From: Planctomycetota bacterium
GTDB taxonomy: Bacteria; Planctomycetota; SZUA-567; H5-PLA8
Direction: 5' to 3'
Assembly: GCA_035308565.1 (NCBI GenBank)
Contig: DATGGK010000241.1
Location: forward strand, 3,146-67,145
Length of the DNA: 64,000 nt
Positions within the stretch are counted from its first letter, which is position 1. Each line of letters begins with the position of its first letter. Positions 8,975 to 18,026 of this stretch are shown piece after piece. Under the pieces are notes generated by a model. It was not told where the DNA came from and did not search any database. It saw only the letters and a list, made by a program, of their open reading frames with translations. Both the position numbers and the translations under genes were made by a program.

Positions 8975-9415
8975 ATGAGGCGCTTTCGGTTGCAGTTTCA
9001 CCTCTCCACGGCGCTGGTGCTGATGATCGCGGCGGGCGTCGTGGTGTGGGGGAACATGCAGGCGGATCGGCGCATCGTGGTCAGCGATTGGAAAGAAATC
9101 AACGCGCAGTGGTATTGTCTGTTTCAGAACGCGCGGATCGAACGCGGCTGGCCGTGGCCGTTCCTGATCTACACGGGCCGGACGTATCCGCGCGTGTACA
9201 AGGGGGTTTACGATCCATCGGAAAAGGCTATGGCGTTGGATGACGTCGCCGACAAGCTCGCGCCGTCGGATTTCAGCGGGAGTTGGAGCGCGAGGGCGCT
9301 GGCGGCGAACGCGGGTGTCGCGGCGGGGATTCTGCTGCTGATCGCTGTGGCGTGCGAAGTGTGGATTACATGGAGGCGCAAAACCGCGGCGCGCACGGAG
9401 AGAGACGCGACGTGA
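8975..9415 (+). CDS. membrane protein with N- and C-terminal TM helices, function unknown
   Basis: MRRFRLQFHLSTALVLMIAAGVVVWGN N-terminus and a C-terminal hydrophobic helix (GVAAGILLLIAVACEVWI). The upstream part of ORF 8903.. has no coding character. The start is inferred. Confidence 0.65.
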   Translation: MRRFRLQFHLSTALVLMIAAGVVVWGNMQADRRIVVSDWKEINAQWYCLFQNARIERGWPWPFLIYTGRTYPRVYKGVYDPSEKAMALDDVADKLAPSDFSGSWSARALAANAGVAAGILLLIAVACEVWITWRRKTAARTERDAT

Positions 9416-10413
9416 CAACGCCGTCGAGCGATAGCCGCGATTTCGCGGGATGGGTGCCGTTCGGCGTGCGCTTTGAGGCAGGCGGAGCGCGCGTGGACTG
9501 GACTTGGCTTGGCGAGCGGCGCTGCGTGGAGCCGTTCTTCGATCAGACCGTGGCGGCATTGCGCGCGCAGGAGGACGTGTCGAAGCGCTATCGCGAGTCG
9601 GGCGCGGAAGCGCTGGAACAGGTTGGCGAGAGGCTTGCGCCGAGCGGATTTGTTTATCATCTGTCGCGGTGCGGATCGACGCTGGTGGCGCAGATACTGG
9701 CAGCGCTGGAATCGACCGTTGTGATTTCAGAGCCGAACGTCGTGAACGCGCTGCTGGAGCGTTCGCGTGCGGGCGCGGAACGTGCGGAAATTGTGGGGCT
9801 GCTGCGCGGCGCGATTGGCGCGCTGGGGCAAAAACGGACGGCGCGCGAGCGGCATTATTTTTTGAAATTCAGCAGCCGCGCGATTCACGAATTGGCGCTG
9901 ATTCGCGAGGCGTTTCCGGATGTGCCGTGGGTGTTTTTGTACCGCGATCCGGTGGAGGTTTTGGCGGCGCACGTGGAACATTCGCGCGGGCGGCTTGCGC
10001 CGGGGCTGGCGGAGTCGGGATTGGCCGAGGGCGATGCGGCAGAGTTGCGGCAGATGGCGCCGGCGGAATTCTGGGCGCGCGCGCTGAGGAATTGCTGCGC
10101 GGCGGCGCTGCGCTTTTGTGGAGATGGGCGTTCGCTGCTCGTGAATTACGAGCAGCTTCCGGATGTCGTGTGGGGCGGGCTGGCGCAATTTTTCGGCGTG
10201 GACTTTTCGGCGGAAGAAATCGAGGCGATGCGGTGCGCGGCGCGGTTCGACGCAAAGAATCCGGGACGGGTCTTTGAAGGAGACCGCGAACAGCGGCGCG
10301 CGGCGGGGGCGGAAGTGAGGGAGATGGCGGAGCGGTGGGTGATGGCGCAGTACCGACGATTGGAGGACAAGCGCGGGCGATCCGGTCCAATTCAGGAGCC
10401 GGCGAGGATCTGA
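9412..10413 (+). CDS. sulfotransferase-like protein
   Basis: The HLSRCGSTLVAQIL segment resembles the PAPS 5'-phosphosulfate-binding loop. Length and composition are coding-like. GTG 9412 overlaps the upstream TGA (GTGA); the alternative ATG is at 9370. Confidence 0.6.
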   Translation: MTTPSSDSRDFAGWVPFGVRFEAGGARVDWTWLGERRCVEPFFDQTVAALRAQEDVSKRYRESGAEALEQVGERLAPSGFVYHLSRCGSTLVAQILAALESTVVISEPNVVNALLERSRAGAERAEIVGLLRGAIGALGQKRTARERHYFLKFSSRAIHELALIREAFPDVPWVFLYRDPVEVLAAHVEHSRGRLAPGLAESGLAEGDAAELRQMAPAEFWARALRNCCAAALRFCGDGRSLLVNYEQLPDVVWGGLAQFFGVDFSAEEIEAMRCAARFDAKNPGRVFEGDREQRRAAGAEVREMAERWVMAQYRRLEDKRGRSGPIQEPARI

Positions 10414-10871
10414 ATGACCTTGCCGGACGCGGCGTCGATGGTCACACGGGCGTGATAATCGGCGCCTAACTCGCCCGGCGGGTGACGCTGGAGGAAGATG
10501 ACTATGTAATTGCCGCCTTCCACAAGCACTTTGACGGGTGCGTCGGCGGGCAGTTCGACTTTGCCCTCACATGCTTTGCGAGCCAGAGCGATTGCTTGTT
10601 GGGCTTCGATCATTGCGCTGCGCTCCCGTGGAGGCTCGGATGTGCCAGTGCCATTCGTTACCGGGCGGGTTTGATTCGGCGGTTCGGATCCATCCGCCCG
10701 CTTGCTCGTGGGCGCGGAATTCGGAGTTGGCGAGCTTTCTATAGCCGGCGCGGTTCGCTCAGGCGAAGCCGCCGGTTTAGTTGCGGGCTTTGCTCGAGCA
10801 AGCACAAACCAACATGCGGCCAGCAAAATCAATGCAAGGCCAGCCGCGGCAAAAACGCCTCGCATGCTCAT
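10392..10871 (-). CDS. membrane-anchored PepSY-like protein
   Basis: ATG at 10871 overlaps the stop of the upstream gene (ATGA). One TM helix (VFAAAGLALILLAACWFVLA) is followed by a Pro/Ser/Thr linker. The C-terminal fold pattern is EAQQAIALARKA..VLVEGGNYIVIF..ARVTIDAASGKVIQI, typical of PepSY domains. Confidence 0.65.
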   Translation of the reverse strand: MSMRGVFAAAGLALILLAACWFVLARAKPATKPAASPERTAPAIESSPTPNSAPTSKRADGSEPPNQTRPVTNGTGTSEPPRERSAMIEAQQAIALARKACEGKVELPADAPVKVLVEGGNYIVIFLQRHPPGELGADYHARVTIDAASGKVIQILAGS

Positions 10872-13465
10872 GGGGGGGTAGCTCTTCGGTTTAGCCCCGT
10901 AGGCCACAGTTGAGCGGGACTGTTGAGCGGCCAATGTGACGGCGCATTTCCCGATGCATCGCCAACGTAGTCGTAGACCACGCCCACCAGTTTGTAGTAC
11001 CCGGTGATGGCGTTCTGGTCCGCACCGGAAGGCCCGACAGCACGCCCGACGGGGCGGTAAAATGTTGGAGTGTGCGTGTGAAACAGAGCGACCGTATACG
11101 TTGCGCTTGCGATGGGCGTCGGAGTGGCGGGAACATCGTCGGGTTTGGCGTCGGGAACCACGGAGCCAGTTTGGAGAGGTCCAATGTCAGGGCCCAACTT
11201 GGTGGCGGTAAAAGTATAGCCGGTTGTGGGACCGGTGGTGTTAAGCAGAATATAGAATGCTTCCTCGTGACGCTTGGTTGCCGTGGCCGCCGCCTTGGTG
11301 TCAGCCCAGGCAGCGTCGCAGTGAGCTTTCACACCCGCATCTCCAACAATGTCCGCATACGAGGGGAACTGCACTTCCAGATCGACCTCCGGGGACATTT
11401 CAGTCGTGCCGTCGATGTCGGCTTTGCCGCGCACCTTGAATTTTCCGGCGACACTTTCTGTGTAGTTGTCGAGCATTTGAGCACTGGCGAGCGTGTACCA
11501 CGTGGCTTCGCTGGCGCGGCGGATTTCGATGACGTAGTTGGCAACCGTCCCGGAGGAAGTAACGTTGACCGTGAAGGTGTTGGTGTCCAGCAGCTTGACC
11601 AGCGGCTTTGCGACTTTCAATTCGACGCGCTCTTCAATGATTTTGTCCACGACGACTTGCGAATCCAAATAGCCGTCTGCGACGTTGGCCACGATCACGT
11701 CCACCTGCACGGTATCGCCGGCGACGGCGACGGGCAGCTTGACTTTGCGCCAGGCCGTGGCGCCGCTGGCGTCGAACGCGGCGAGGCCCAGCGCGTTCAT
11801 GGTGTTGATTTCAAAGGCGAGTCCGCCGCCGGAACTGCTGCGGATCAGCACGGCGAAATAGTCGTTGTATTGGGTGCCGAAGTAACCGCCGGGGATTTCG
11901 CTGGTGATAAAGCGATAGCGGCAGGAAACGGACTTGGTGTCCTTTTGTGTCACGAACGTGCGGGACAAAAACTGAGGGCCTTCGCCGGAGGTGGTCAGTT
12001 GCAGATCTTGATCGACGGCGCGCACGGACGGCGGCGGCGTGCCTCCGCCGCTTTCGGTGTGCGGGATGACGGTGACCGGCGACGTGCCAGTGTCCCAGCC
12101 GGAAGTGCCAAGGCTGATGTCGTTGTTGACGACGGTGCTGGCTGTATTGAAGTCGAGGATGACGACGGTGATGGTGCCTGCCCCGCCGTTGTTGGCGTTG
12201 GTGCCGACCTTGTCCGTGCCCGGCACCGAGGCCATGAGGAGGATGGTGCGGTCCGGCAAATTCTCGAAGACGACGTTTCCGGCCGCATCGCTGGTGCCCT
12301 GACCCATAATGCTATGATCGTCGCCCAAGGTCGCGGTAACCAGCGCGCCTTTCACCGCCTGTCCTTGCTGGTCCACCACGTTCACGGTCAGCACGAAGGA
12401 GCCGGACCAGACGGTTCCAGTTCCGGCGACGGTCAGGCCGAACAGATCGGTCGCGGAAACGTTGAACACGGTCATGTCGCTAAACAGCGTGGTGCTGATG
12501 GCGATTTGGTTTTCGGTGAATTGAATCTGGCTGGCGGGAATGGCGGTGCCGCCGGCGGTGGCGGTGACGGTGCTTTGGCCGGGCAGCAGCGAAGTGCCGA
12601 TGACATTGAAGAGCACGACGCCGGTGGAGGCGGTGAAATGGGTTGCGGACGAGTCGGCGAGCACGATGCTGCCCAGAGAATTGCCGGTGGTGGTGCCGGT
12701 GGTTTTTGCGCCGAGCGTAAGTTTGCCCGAGGCGCTGGCGCCGAAACCTTTGGCTTTGTACACGGCCTCAACGCCGGACGGACCGTCATCGTCGGGGATC
12801 GCCACGATGCCGCTGCCGCTGAATTTCAGCAGCGAGCCGCTGAGCGCGAGGCTCACGGACGGGCCGCTCTTGCCGCTGGTTTCCTTGCCGCTGGCGGTAA
12901 GCGCGTTGGCCACGGTGTTGACTGTCGCCGTGCCTGTGCCGGTGATCGCGCCGTTGTTGTTGGTCAGGGCAGCCGTCAGAGTCGCTTCCAACGGGACGGC
13001 GGCGGAGTAATCAATGGCGATCGTTCCTTTTCCGTTCAGCGTGCCGCCTTTGCCGCTGATGCTGCCGGTGAGGAGTTTGCCGGCGAGTTTGCTGTTGAGT
13101 TTAACGGAAAATTTCACCGTGGACGCGCCGCTCGTGCCGGCGAGGCTAAGCTGAAAGGATTTGCTGCTGGCGGTTTGTTTCCCCGTGAGCGTGTAGGTGT
13201 CGAAGCCAATGGCAAGCGTGCCGCTGAGCAGGCTTTTGCTGTTCGAAGTGAAGGCAAGTTGAATGGTGCCGGGGAGCGTGGTCATGCCTGTTTTGGCCGC
13301 AAGGCTGACGACGCAAGGAAACGTGCCGGCGACATTGATCGGCGCGAGCATAAACGTCGCCACATAGTTGCCGCTGGGAAATTCGACCGCACGAGTTGTA
13401 ATTGAGAACGTGAGCAGGAAAAGAACAAATAAACCGCGGTGGATAACAGACTTGAGGCGTTTCAC
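10868..13465 (-). CDS. 865-aa secreted protein: carboxypeptidase-regulatory-like beta-sandwich and C-terminal JAB/DUF4329-like motif
   Basis: Signal peptide MKRLKSVIHRGLFVLFLLTFSITTRA. VVDQQGQAVKGALVTATLGDD..SDAAGNVVFENLP resembles a CarboxypepD_reg-type domain. The C-terminus has HEEAFYILLN ... FHTHTP ... GPSGAD, an E...HxH...SxxD order. Confidence 0.8.
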   Translation of the reverse strand: MKRLKSVIHRGLFVLFLLTFSITTRAVEFPSGNYVATFMLAPINVAGTFPCVVSLAAKTGMTTLPGTIQLAFTSNSKSLLSGTLAIGFDTYTLTGKQTASSKSFQLSLAGTSGASTVKFSVKLNSKLAGKLLTGSISGKGGTLNGKGTIAIDYSAAVPLEATLTAALTNNNGAITGTGTATVNTVANALTASGKETSGKSGPSVSLALSGSLLKFSGSGIVAIPDDDGPSGVEAVYKAKGFGASASGKLTLGAKTTGTTTGNSLGSIVLADSSATHFTASTGVVLFNVIGTSLLPGQSTVTATAGGTAIPASQIQFTENQIAISTTLFSDMTVFNVSATDLFGLTVAGTGTVWSGSFVLTVNVVDQQGQAVKGALVTATLGDDHSIMGQGTSDAAGNVVFENLPDRTILLMASVPGTDKVGTNANNGGAGTITVVILDFNTASTVVNNDISLGTSGWDTGTSPVTVIPHTESGGGTPPPSVRAVDQDLQLTTSGEGPQFLSRTFVTQKDTKSVSCRYRFITSEIPGGYFGTQYNDYFAVLIRSSSGGGLAFEINTMNALGLAAFDASGATAWRKVKLPVAVAGDTVQVDVIVANVADGYLDSQVVVDKIIEERVELKVAKPLVKLLDTNTFTVNVTSSGTVANYVIEIRRASEATWYTLASAQMLDNYTESVAGKFKVRGKADIDGTTEMSPEVDLEVQFPSYADIVGDAGVKAHCDAAWADTKAAATATKRHEEAFYILLNTTGPTTGYTFTATKLGPDIGPLQTGSVVPDAKPDDVPATPTPIASATYTVALFHTHTPTFYRPVGRAVGPSGADQNAITGYYKLVGVVYDYVGDASGNAPSHWPLNSPAQLWPTGLNRRATPP

Positions 13466-13710
13466 GAGTATCCCTCCTAATTGGCGTGTAAGTGGAAGAG
13501 GACCGTGCGGAAATTCTCAGAATTCTCCAAATGGCGCGGGAAAGCAATAATGGAAGATGTGACAAACGGCGTTTAATACACGATTGGGAGCGGGCGCGCA
13601 AACGGAAAAAAAGCCAACCGCTCCAATTCAAGGAAGGTCGTCGACAAGCGGCTGAAGAAGCAGCGGACTTTGCGGCGGTGTAGGCTTTATTATCATTGGA
13701 GAATTTCATC

Positions 13711-14538
13711 ATGCGCAAAGCGCTTATTCAGAAGGCCGCATTATTCGTCGCGTCGCTCACGTTGATCGCATTTCATGCGCGAATTTCAGCGGAAGCCGTG
13801 AAGGACCGCGAAGGCGCGGTGCGCGGCGACCGCGAGAACATGCTCAAAGATTTGCGCTGGAAATACAACGACGTCGAGCACGGTTTTGAAGAAGCGAAGC
13901 AGACCGGCAAGCCGCTGCTGGTGGTGTTGCGCTGCGTGCCGTGCAAAGCGTGCATGGGGATCGACGCGAGTATTTTGAATTCGAAGGAACTTGCGCCGCT
14001 GCTCGATCAGTTTGTGTGCGTGCGCGTGATCAACGCTAATGCGCTGGATTTGTCGATGTTCCAATTCGATTACGATCTCTCGCTGACCACGCTTTTTTTC
14101 AACGCGGACGGCACGGTCTATGGTCGCTTTGGTTCGTGGCAGCATCAAAAGGACGCGCTCGACGACAGCACCGCCGGCTACAAAGCGGCGCTGGAAGGCG
14201 CGCTGGCGATTCACAAAAATTATCCGGCGAACAAAGCGTCGCTGGCCGGCAAGCAGGCCGCGCCGGTGCCGTTCAAAACGCCGGTGGAGATTCCGTATCT
14301 GGCGGGGAAGTATTCGCGCGAATTGGATTGGAGCGGCAAGGTCGTGCAAAGCTGCGTGCACTGCCACATGATCGGCGACGCGTTCCGCGCATATTACCGC
14401 GATCAGGGCAAAACGATTCCGCCGGAGCTGATTTATCCGATGCCGCCGCCGGAGACGATTGGATTGAAACTCGATCCGGCGCAACCGACAAAAATCAGCG
14501 CGGTAAGCGCCGGTACGGCCGCGGCCGCAGCGGGATAA
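13711..14538 (+). CDS. thioredoxin-fold protein, N-terminal part of a gene split by an in-frame TAA
   Basis: Signal peptide MRKALIQKAALFVASLTLIAFHA. CVPCKAC and CVHCH motifs. The ORF ends ...SAVSAGTAAAAAG-TAA in the middle of a PDZ carboxylate-binding-region motif. Confidence 0.75.
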   Translation: MRKALIQKAALFVASLTLIAFHARISAEAVKDREGAVRGDRENMLKDLRWKYNDVEHGFEEAKQTGKPLLVVLRCVPCKACMGIDASILNSKELAPLLDQFVCVRVINANALDLSMFQFDYDLSLTTLFFNADGTVYGRFGSWQHQKDALDDSTAGYKAALEGALAIHKNYPANKASLAGKQAAPVPFKTPVEIPYLAGKYSRELDWSGKVVQSCVHCHMIGDAFRAYYRDQGKTIPPELIYPMPPPETIGLKLDPAQPTKISAVSAGTAAAAAG

Positions 14539-15054
14539 ATGAAAGGCGACGAGATTGTCACGATGAACGGCCAGCCGTTGTTTTCGGTCGCGGATTTTGC
14601 GTGGGTGCTGCACCGCTCGCCGGCGACCGGCGAAGTGAAAGTGAGCGTGCGGCGCGGCGACGCGCAGAAGGAACTGACGGTGGCGCTTGCCGAGGGCTGG
14701 CGATTAAAGAGCGACATCACGGCGCGCGTGGGCTGGTGGCAGTTGCGCGCAATGGCAAGCGGCGGGATGGTGATGAACGACCTTGCGGACGCCGAGCGCG
14801 ACAAGCGCAAACTCGATCACGATGGGTTGGCGCTGACGGTGAAATTCATCGGCGACAACGGCGTGCATGGCGCGGCGAAGCGCGCGGGATTCCAGAAAGA
14901 CGACGTGCTGGTCGCCATCGACGGAATGACGCAGCGCATGTCGGAAGGCGAGTACATCGGGCGGACGCTCTTCAAGCACGCGAAAGGCGAAACAGTGAAA
15001 GCCACTGTGCTGCGCGGCGAGAAAAAAGTGGAGCTGACGCTGCCGATGCAATGA
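14539..15054 (+). CDS. PDZ-domain continuation of the preceding gene (same frame, begins immediately after the TAA)
   Basis: MKGDEIVTMNGQPL is the GD-x-I-x-x-x-NG core of a PDZ domain whose first half lies in the upstream ORF. A second PDZ follows (AAKRAGFQKDDVLVAIDG). Confidence 0.7.
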   Translation: MKGDEIVTMNGQPLFSVADFAWVLHRSPATGEVKVSVRRGDAQKELTVALAEGWRLKSDITARVGWWQLRAMASGGMVMNDLADAERDKRKLDHDGLALTVKFIGDNGVHGAAKRAGFQKDDVLVAIDGMTQRMSEGEYIGRTLFKHAKGETVKATVLRGEKKVELTLPMQ

Positions 15055-15060
15055 CATCAC

Positions 15061-15117
15061 GTCCCAGGTCCAAAGTCCAAGGTCCAAGGTCAAAAGTCCA
15101 AGGTCAAAAGTCCAAGG
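15061..15117 (+). repeat. 7-8-mer microsatellite (GTCCAAGG / GTCAAAA units)
   Basis: Direct reading, between the stop at 15054 and the next start at 15170. Confidence 0.85.
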
Positions 15118-15169
15118 TTTGCCTCGGCGCGCAGGGCTTTGGCACTGTTTGTATTATTGGAGCGCTCGG

Positions 15170-17023
15170 ATGAAGACTATTTTTTGCGTTTGTTTTGCGC
15201 TGCTTTTGTTTGGCGCGCAGGCGCTTGCCGCTGAGGCCGCGGATACTGCGCAGCTTGAAAAGCGCTACAAGGCCATTCAGCAGCTTGCGCCGACGCTGGG
15301 CGCGCGCGAATTGTTTTCGTTTGCGTTGAATGCGGCGGCGGCGCAGTGGCATCCGGAGCGCATCGACGAGGTCTTCGATCTCGCGATCAAAATGCAGGAC
15401 CGCGATGCGCAGAGCAAAACGTACGGAAATCTCAAATGGTATTGGCGCGACAAAGGCCCGGACGACCTCAACGCGGTCGAATTCTGCATGCAGCAGGCGA
15501 TTTTGATCCGCATGTTTTACAAGGACAATCTCAGCGCGGCGGGGCGCGAGAAGCTCGACGAGCTGATCAAATTCGGCGTCGAAGGCGTGAAGCGGCGCGG
15601 CGTGAAAGTCGGTTACACGAATATCTTCTTGATGCACATCTGGAATGAAATCGCGATCGGCGAAAATACAGGGCGGCCTGAATTCGCAAAGCAGGGTTAC
15701 GACGATTTCAATCAGTGGATGGCGTACACGCTCAAACACGGCGTGAAGGAATACAACACCACCACCTATTATGGCGTCGATCTGGATTGCCTCGGCTTGA
15801 TCGCCAAATACGCTCAAGATGCGCAGGCGAAGAAGAACGCCGAGGCCGCGCTGCGCTTGTTGTGGACGGACATCGCGGCGAATTTTTACGCGCCGTGCGA
15901 ACGCTTGGGCGGAGCGCACAGCCGCGACTACGATTACCTCACCGGCCACGGCGCGCTCGACGTTCATTTGCGCGACGCGGGATGGCTGGCGCCCGCCGGC
16001 AAAGACACGGATGTGTTCCATCAATATTGTGCATGGATGCCGCCGGCTGAAATCCGCGCGCAGTTCGAGAAAATGATTCCGCGCACGATCGTGCAGCATT
16101 GGGGCGAGAAGCCGCACGAATTTTCAACCAGCTACATGGGCGCACATTTTTGTCTGGGTTCGGCGGGCGCGAGCGCGGGGCCGGAAGACAAAGCGCTCAC
16201 GATTAATTTTTCCAGCGGGCCGAAAGAAGTCATGTTCAATTTCGTGATGGACGGGCGCAGCGATCCGTACGGCACAAATAAAACCGCGACGGGCGGAGGG
16301 CATTTGAAATCGCATCACCTCACGCCGTTCATCGCGTCGGTGCAGCACGGGCCGGAAGTGTTGTTTCTGGCGTCAGACAATTCGACTCACAAGAAGGAGG
16401 GGAATTTCGAATGGGATTTGCCGGTGATGCTCTCGCATCTGGTGTTTCCGTCATCGCTGCAGGTCTTCGAGCTGATGAGCGTTGAGCCGGTGAAGTTGGA
16501 GGCGCAGAAAGCGTTGGATTACGACGCGCCAATTTTTCTGCGCGCCGGTGATGTGGTCGTGGCGATCAAATGCCTGCTAGCGACGGGAGCCACCGATGGC
16601 CACGCACGGCTGGAGTTGTCGAACGACGGCGCCGCACACGGCGCGTCGCGGCTGACATGGGTGCATTCCGAACACGCGCCGACAGAACGCGCGACGATTG
16701 CGTTTTGCATTGTCATTGGGGAAGGCATCGACGATTTTCGGAAGTTCGATTCGGTACGGATCACTTTTGCAGCGATGGTCAAGAAGGCGAAGGTGAAGCT
16801 TGAGAACGGGCGCGTGGAACTTGAAGTACCGGGGGTGGATGTGCCGGGGTTGGACGGAGCGTTGAAACTCAGCGCCAATCCGGAAAAGAACCAGCGGATT
16901 TTGCGCGATGGCGGAGAAGCGGAGGCGGAGAAATATATTCTGGGCGTGAATGGAAAAGAAATGGCGAAGCCGATTTTGGAGGCGGCTGGAGCGAAGTGGG
17001 AGGAACCCGCAAAGAAAAAGTGA
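15170..17023 (+). CDS. secreted protein of unknown function (possibly polysaccharide-lyase-like)
   Basis: ATG at 15170 gives signal peptide MKTIFCVCFALLLFGAQALAA. It is a 617-aa ORF with ordinary globular composition. No motif was firmly recognised. Confidence 0.75.
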   Translation: MKTIFCVCFALLLFGAQALAAEAADTAQLEKRYKAIQQLAPTLGARELFSFALNAAAAQWHPERIDEVFDLAIKMQDRDAQSKTYGNLKWYWRDKGPDDLNAVEFCMQQAILIRMFYKDNLSAAGREKLDELIKFGVEGVKRRGVKVGYTNIFLMHIWNEIAIGENTGRPEFAKQGYDDFNQWMAYTLKHGVKEYNTTTYYGVDLDCLGLIAKYAQDAQAKKNAEAALRLLWTDIAANFYAPCERLGGAHSRDYDYLTGHGALDVHLRDAGWLAPAGKDTDVFHQYCAWMPPAEIRAQFEKMIPRTIVQHWGEKPHEFSTSYMGAHFCLGSAGASAGPEDKALTINFSSGPKEVMFNFVMDGRSDPYGTNKTATGGGHLKSHHLTPFIASVQHGPEVLFLASDNSTHKKEGNFEWDLPVMLSHLVFPSSLQVFELMSVEPVKLEAQKALDYDAPIFLRAGDVVVAIKCLLATGATDGHARLELSNDGAAHGASRLTWVHSEHAPTERATIAFCIVIGEGIDDFRKFDSVRITFAAMVKKAKVKLENGRVELEVPGVDVPGLDGALKLSANPEKNQRILRDGGEAEAEKYILGVNGKEMAKPILEAAGAKWEEPAKKK

Positions 17024-17083
17024 GGCGCCAACGAAGCGAGAAAAAAAAGCGGATTCAAGATCAGCGCTCAAAGCACACTCTGA

Positions 17084-17122
17084 CCTTGAATCCTTGAATC
17101 TTGAATTTTGAATCTTGAATCC
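17084..17122 (+). repeat. heptamer microsatellite (CTTGAAT)n between convergent genes
   Basis: Direct reading: CCTTGAATCCTTGAATCTTGAATTTTGAATCTTGAATCC. Confidence 0.85.
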
Positions 17123-17125
17123 GCG

Positions 17126-17806
17126 TTACCGGTCCATCAACATCACCGCTTTCCCAAATTCGTCCACGGCGCAAATGCGCGAGACCATCGTCGTGCCGAC
17201 GGTGAACACGATCCCCGTCAGCGTCATCGCGTATTTGCCGACGGCGTTTTGGCCCGCGACGTCCTCCAGTTTGAGCGCTTTGGCCTGCCAGGTTTTGTAC
17301 ACGCTACTGTACTTGAGAATCACGTCGCGCCGGCCCTGCTCGGGTCCGCCAACGACAAAATGTCCATCGCTACTCACGCGCGCGTCGATGGTCAGCTTGA
17401 AATAATCAGACACCGGTTCGACTTTGATCGACAGCAAATCTTTCCCCTGCAAACGCCCGCCGGAAAACTCGCGCGCGTCCAAATGCGACAGTTCACTGCG
17501 CGGCGTGGATGGATCTTTCTGGGCGTTCAGCACGCCCTTGTACGTGTTCTCCTTCGAGTTTTTGCCGGAAAGTTCCTCCAATCCCAGCGCCAGGATTTTG
17601 GACGGATCGTTCTTGTCAGCGACGGCGTACAGCGACCACGCGCCGGCCCCTTCTTTGTGCGGGCAGAACAAAAAAACCGATTGCTTGACCGTCTCTTCAT
17701 GCGCCGCAGGCACGCCAGCCATGGCCGCAGCGCCGCTAAAGTCGGACGCAAACGCTGCGCAGGAGCCTAAGATCAACACAACACACGACGCGAGTAACTT
17801 CCGCAT
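17126..17806 (-). CDS. secreted protein of unknown function
   Basis: The internal ATG at 17806 gives signal peptide MRKLLASCVVLILGSCAAFA. The upstream part of the ORF is Arg-rich and non-coding-like. Confidence 0.7.
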   Translation of the reverse strand: MRKLLASCVVLILGSCAAFASDFSGAAAMAGVPAAHEETVKQSVFLFCPHKEGAGAWSLYAVADKNDPSKILALGLEELSGKNSKENTYKGVLNAQKDPSTPRSELSHLDAREFSGGRLQGKDLLSIKVEPVSDYFKLTIDARVSSDGHFVVGGPEQGRRDVILKYSSVYKTWQAKALKLEDVAGQNAVGKYAMTLTGIVFTVGTTMVSRICAVDEFGKAVMLMDR

Positions 17807-18026
17807 GACCAACCATCCTTTCCAAGCTGTTTTCGTGAAACGACGACGCCACTGCGCTCGTCGGCAAGCATGGACGGAGCGGCCTTTCAAGACTTCACTG
17901 AATTATCCGGGCAATTTTTGAAAAACAAAAATAACGAGATTCCGGCTCGTCAGTCCCTAGCGTGCGCACTCGTGCATTCGAAATATCGGCAAAAAACTTT
18001 TTTCGTAGAGCGCGTCTCCGGCGCGC

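Noticed and set aside
9370-9411. Longer ATG-initiated version of the sulfotransferase-like gene, overlapping the upstream gene by 46 nt.
   Set aside because: The extra residues (MEAQNRGAHGERRD) have no coding character. GTG 9412 gives a 4-nt GTGA overlap like several other gene pairs in this window. This remains uncertain.
11072-13405. Long antisense or out-of-frame ORFs: 777 aa here, and also 19515-21212 (565 aa), 23577-25262 (561 aa), 28585-30609 (674 aa), 34861-36183 (440 aa), 43508-45160 (550 aa), 51322-53151 (609 aa), 8047-8850 and many shorter ones.
   Set aside because: Their Arg/Ala/Gly/His-rich low-complexity translations are typical of wrong-frame reading of GC-rich DNA. Each is fully overlapped by an ORF on the other strand or frame that has recognisable domains or a signal peptide.
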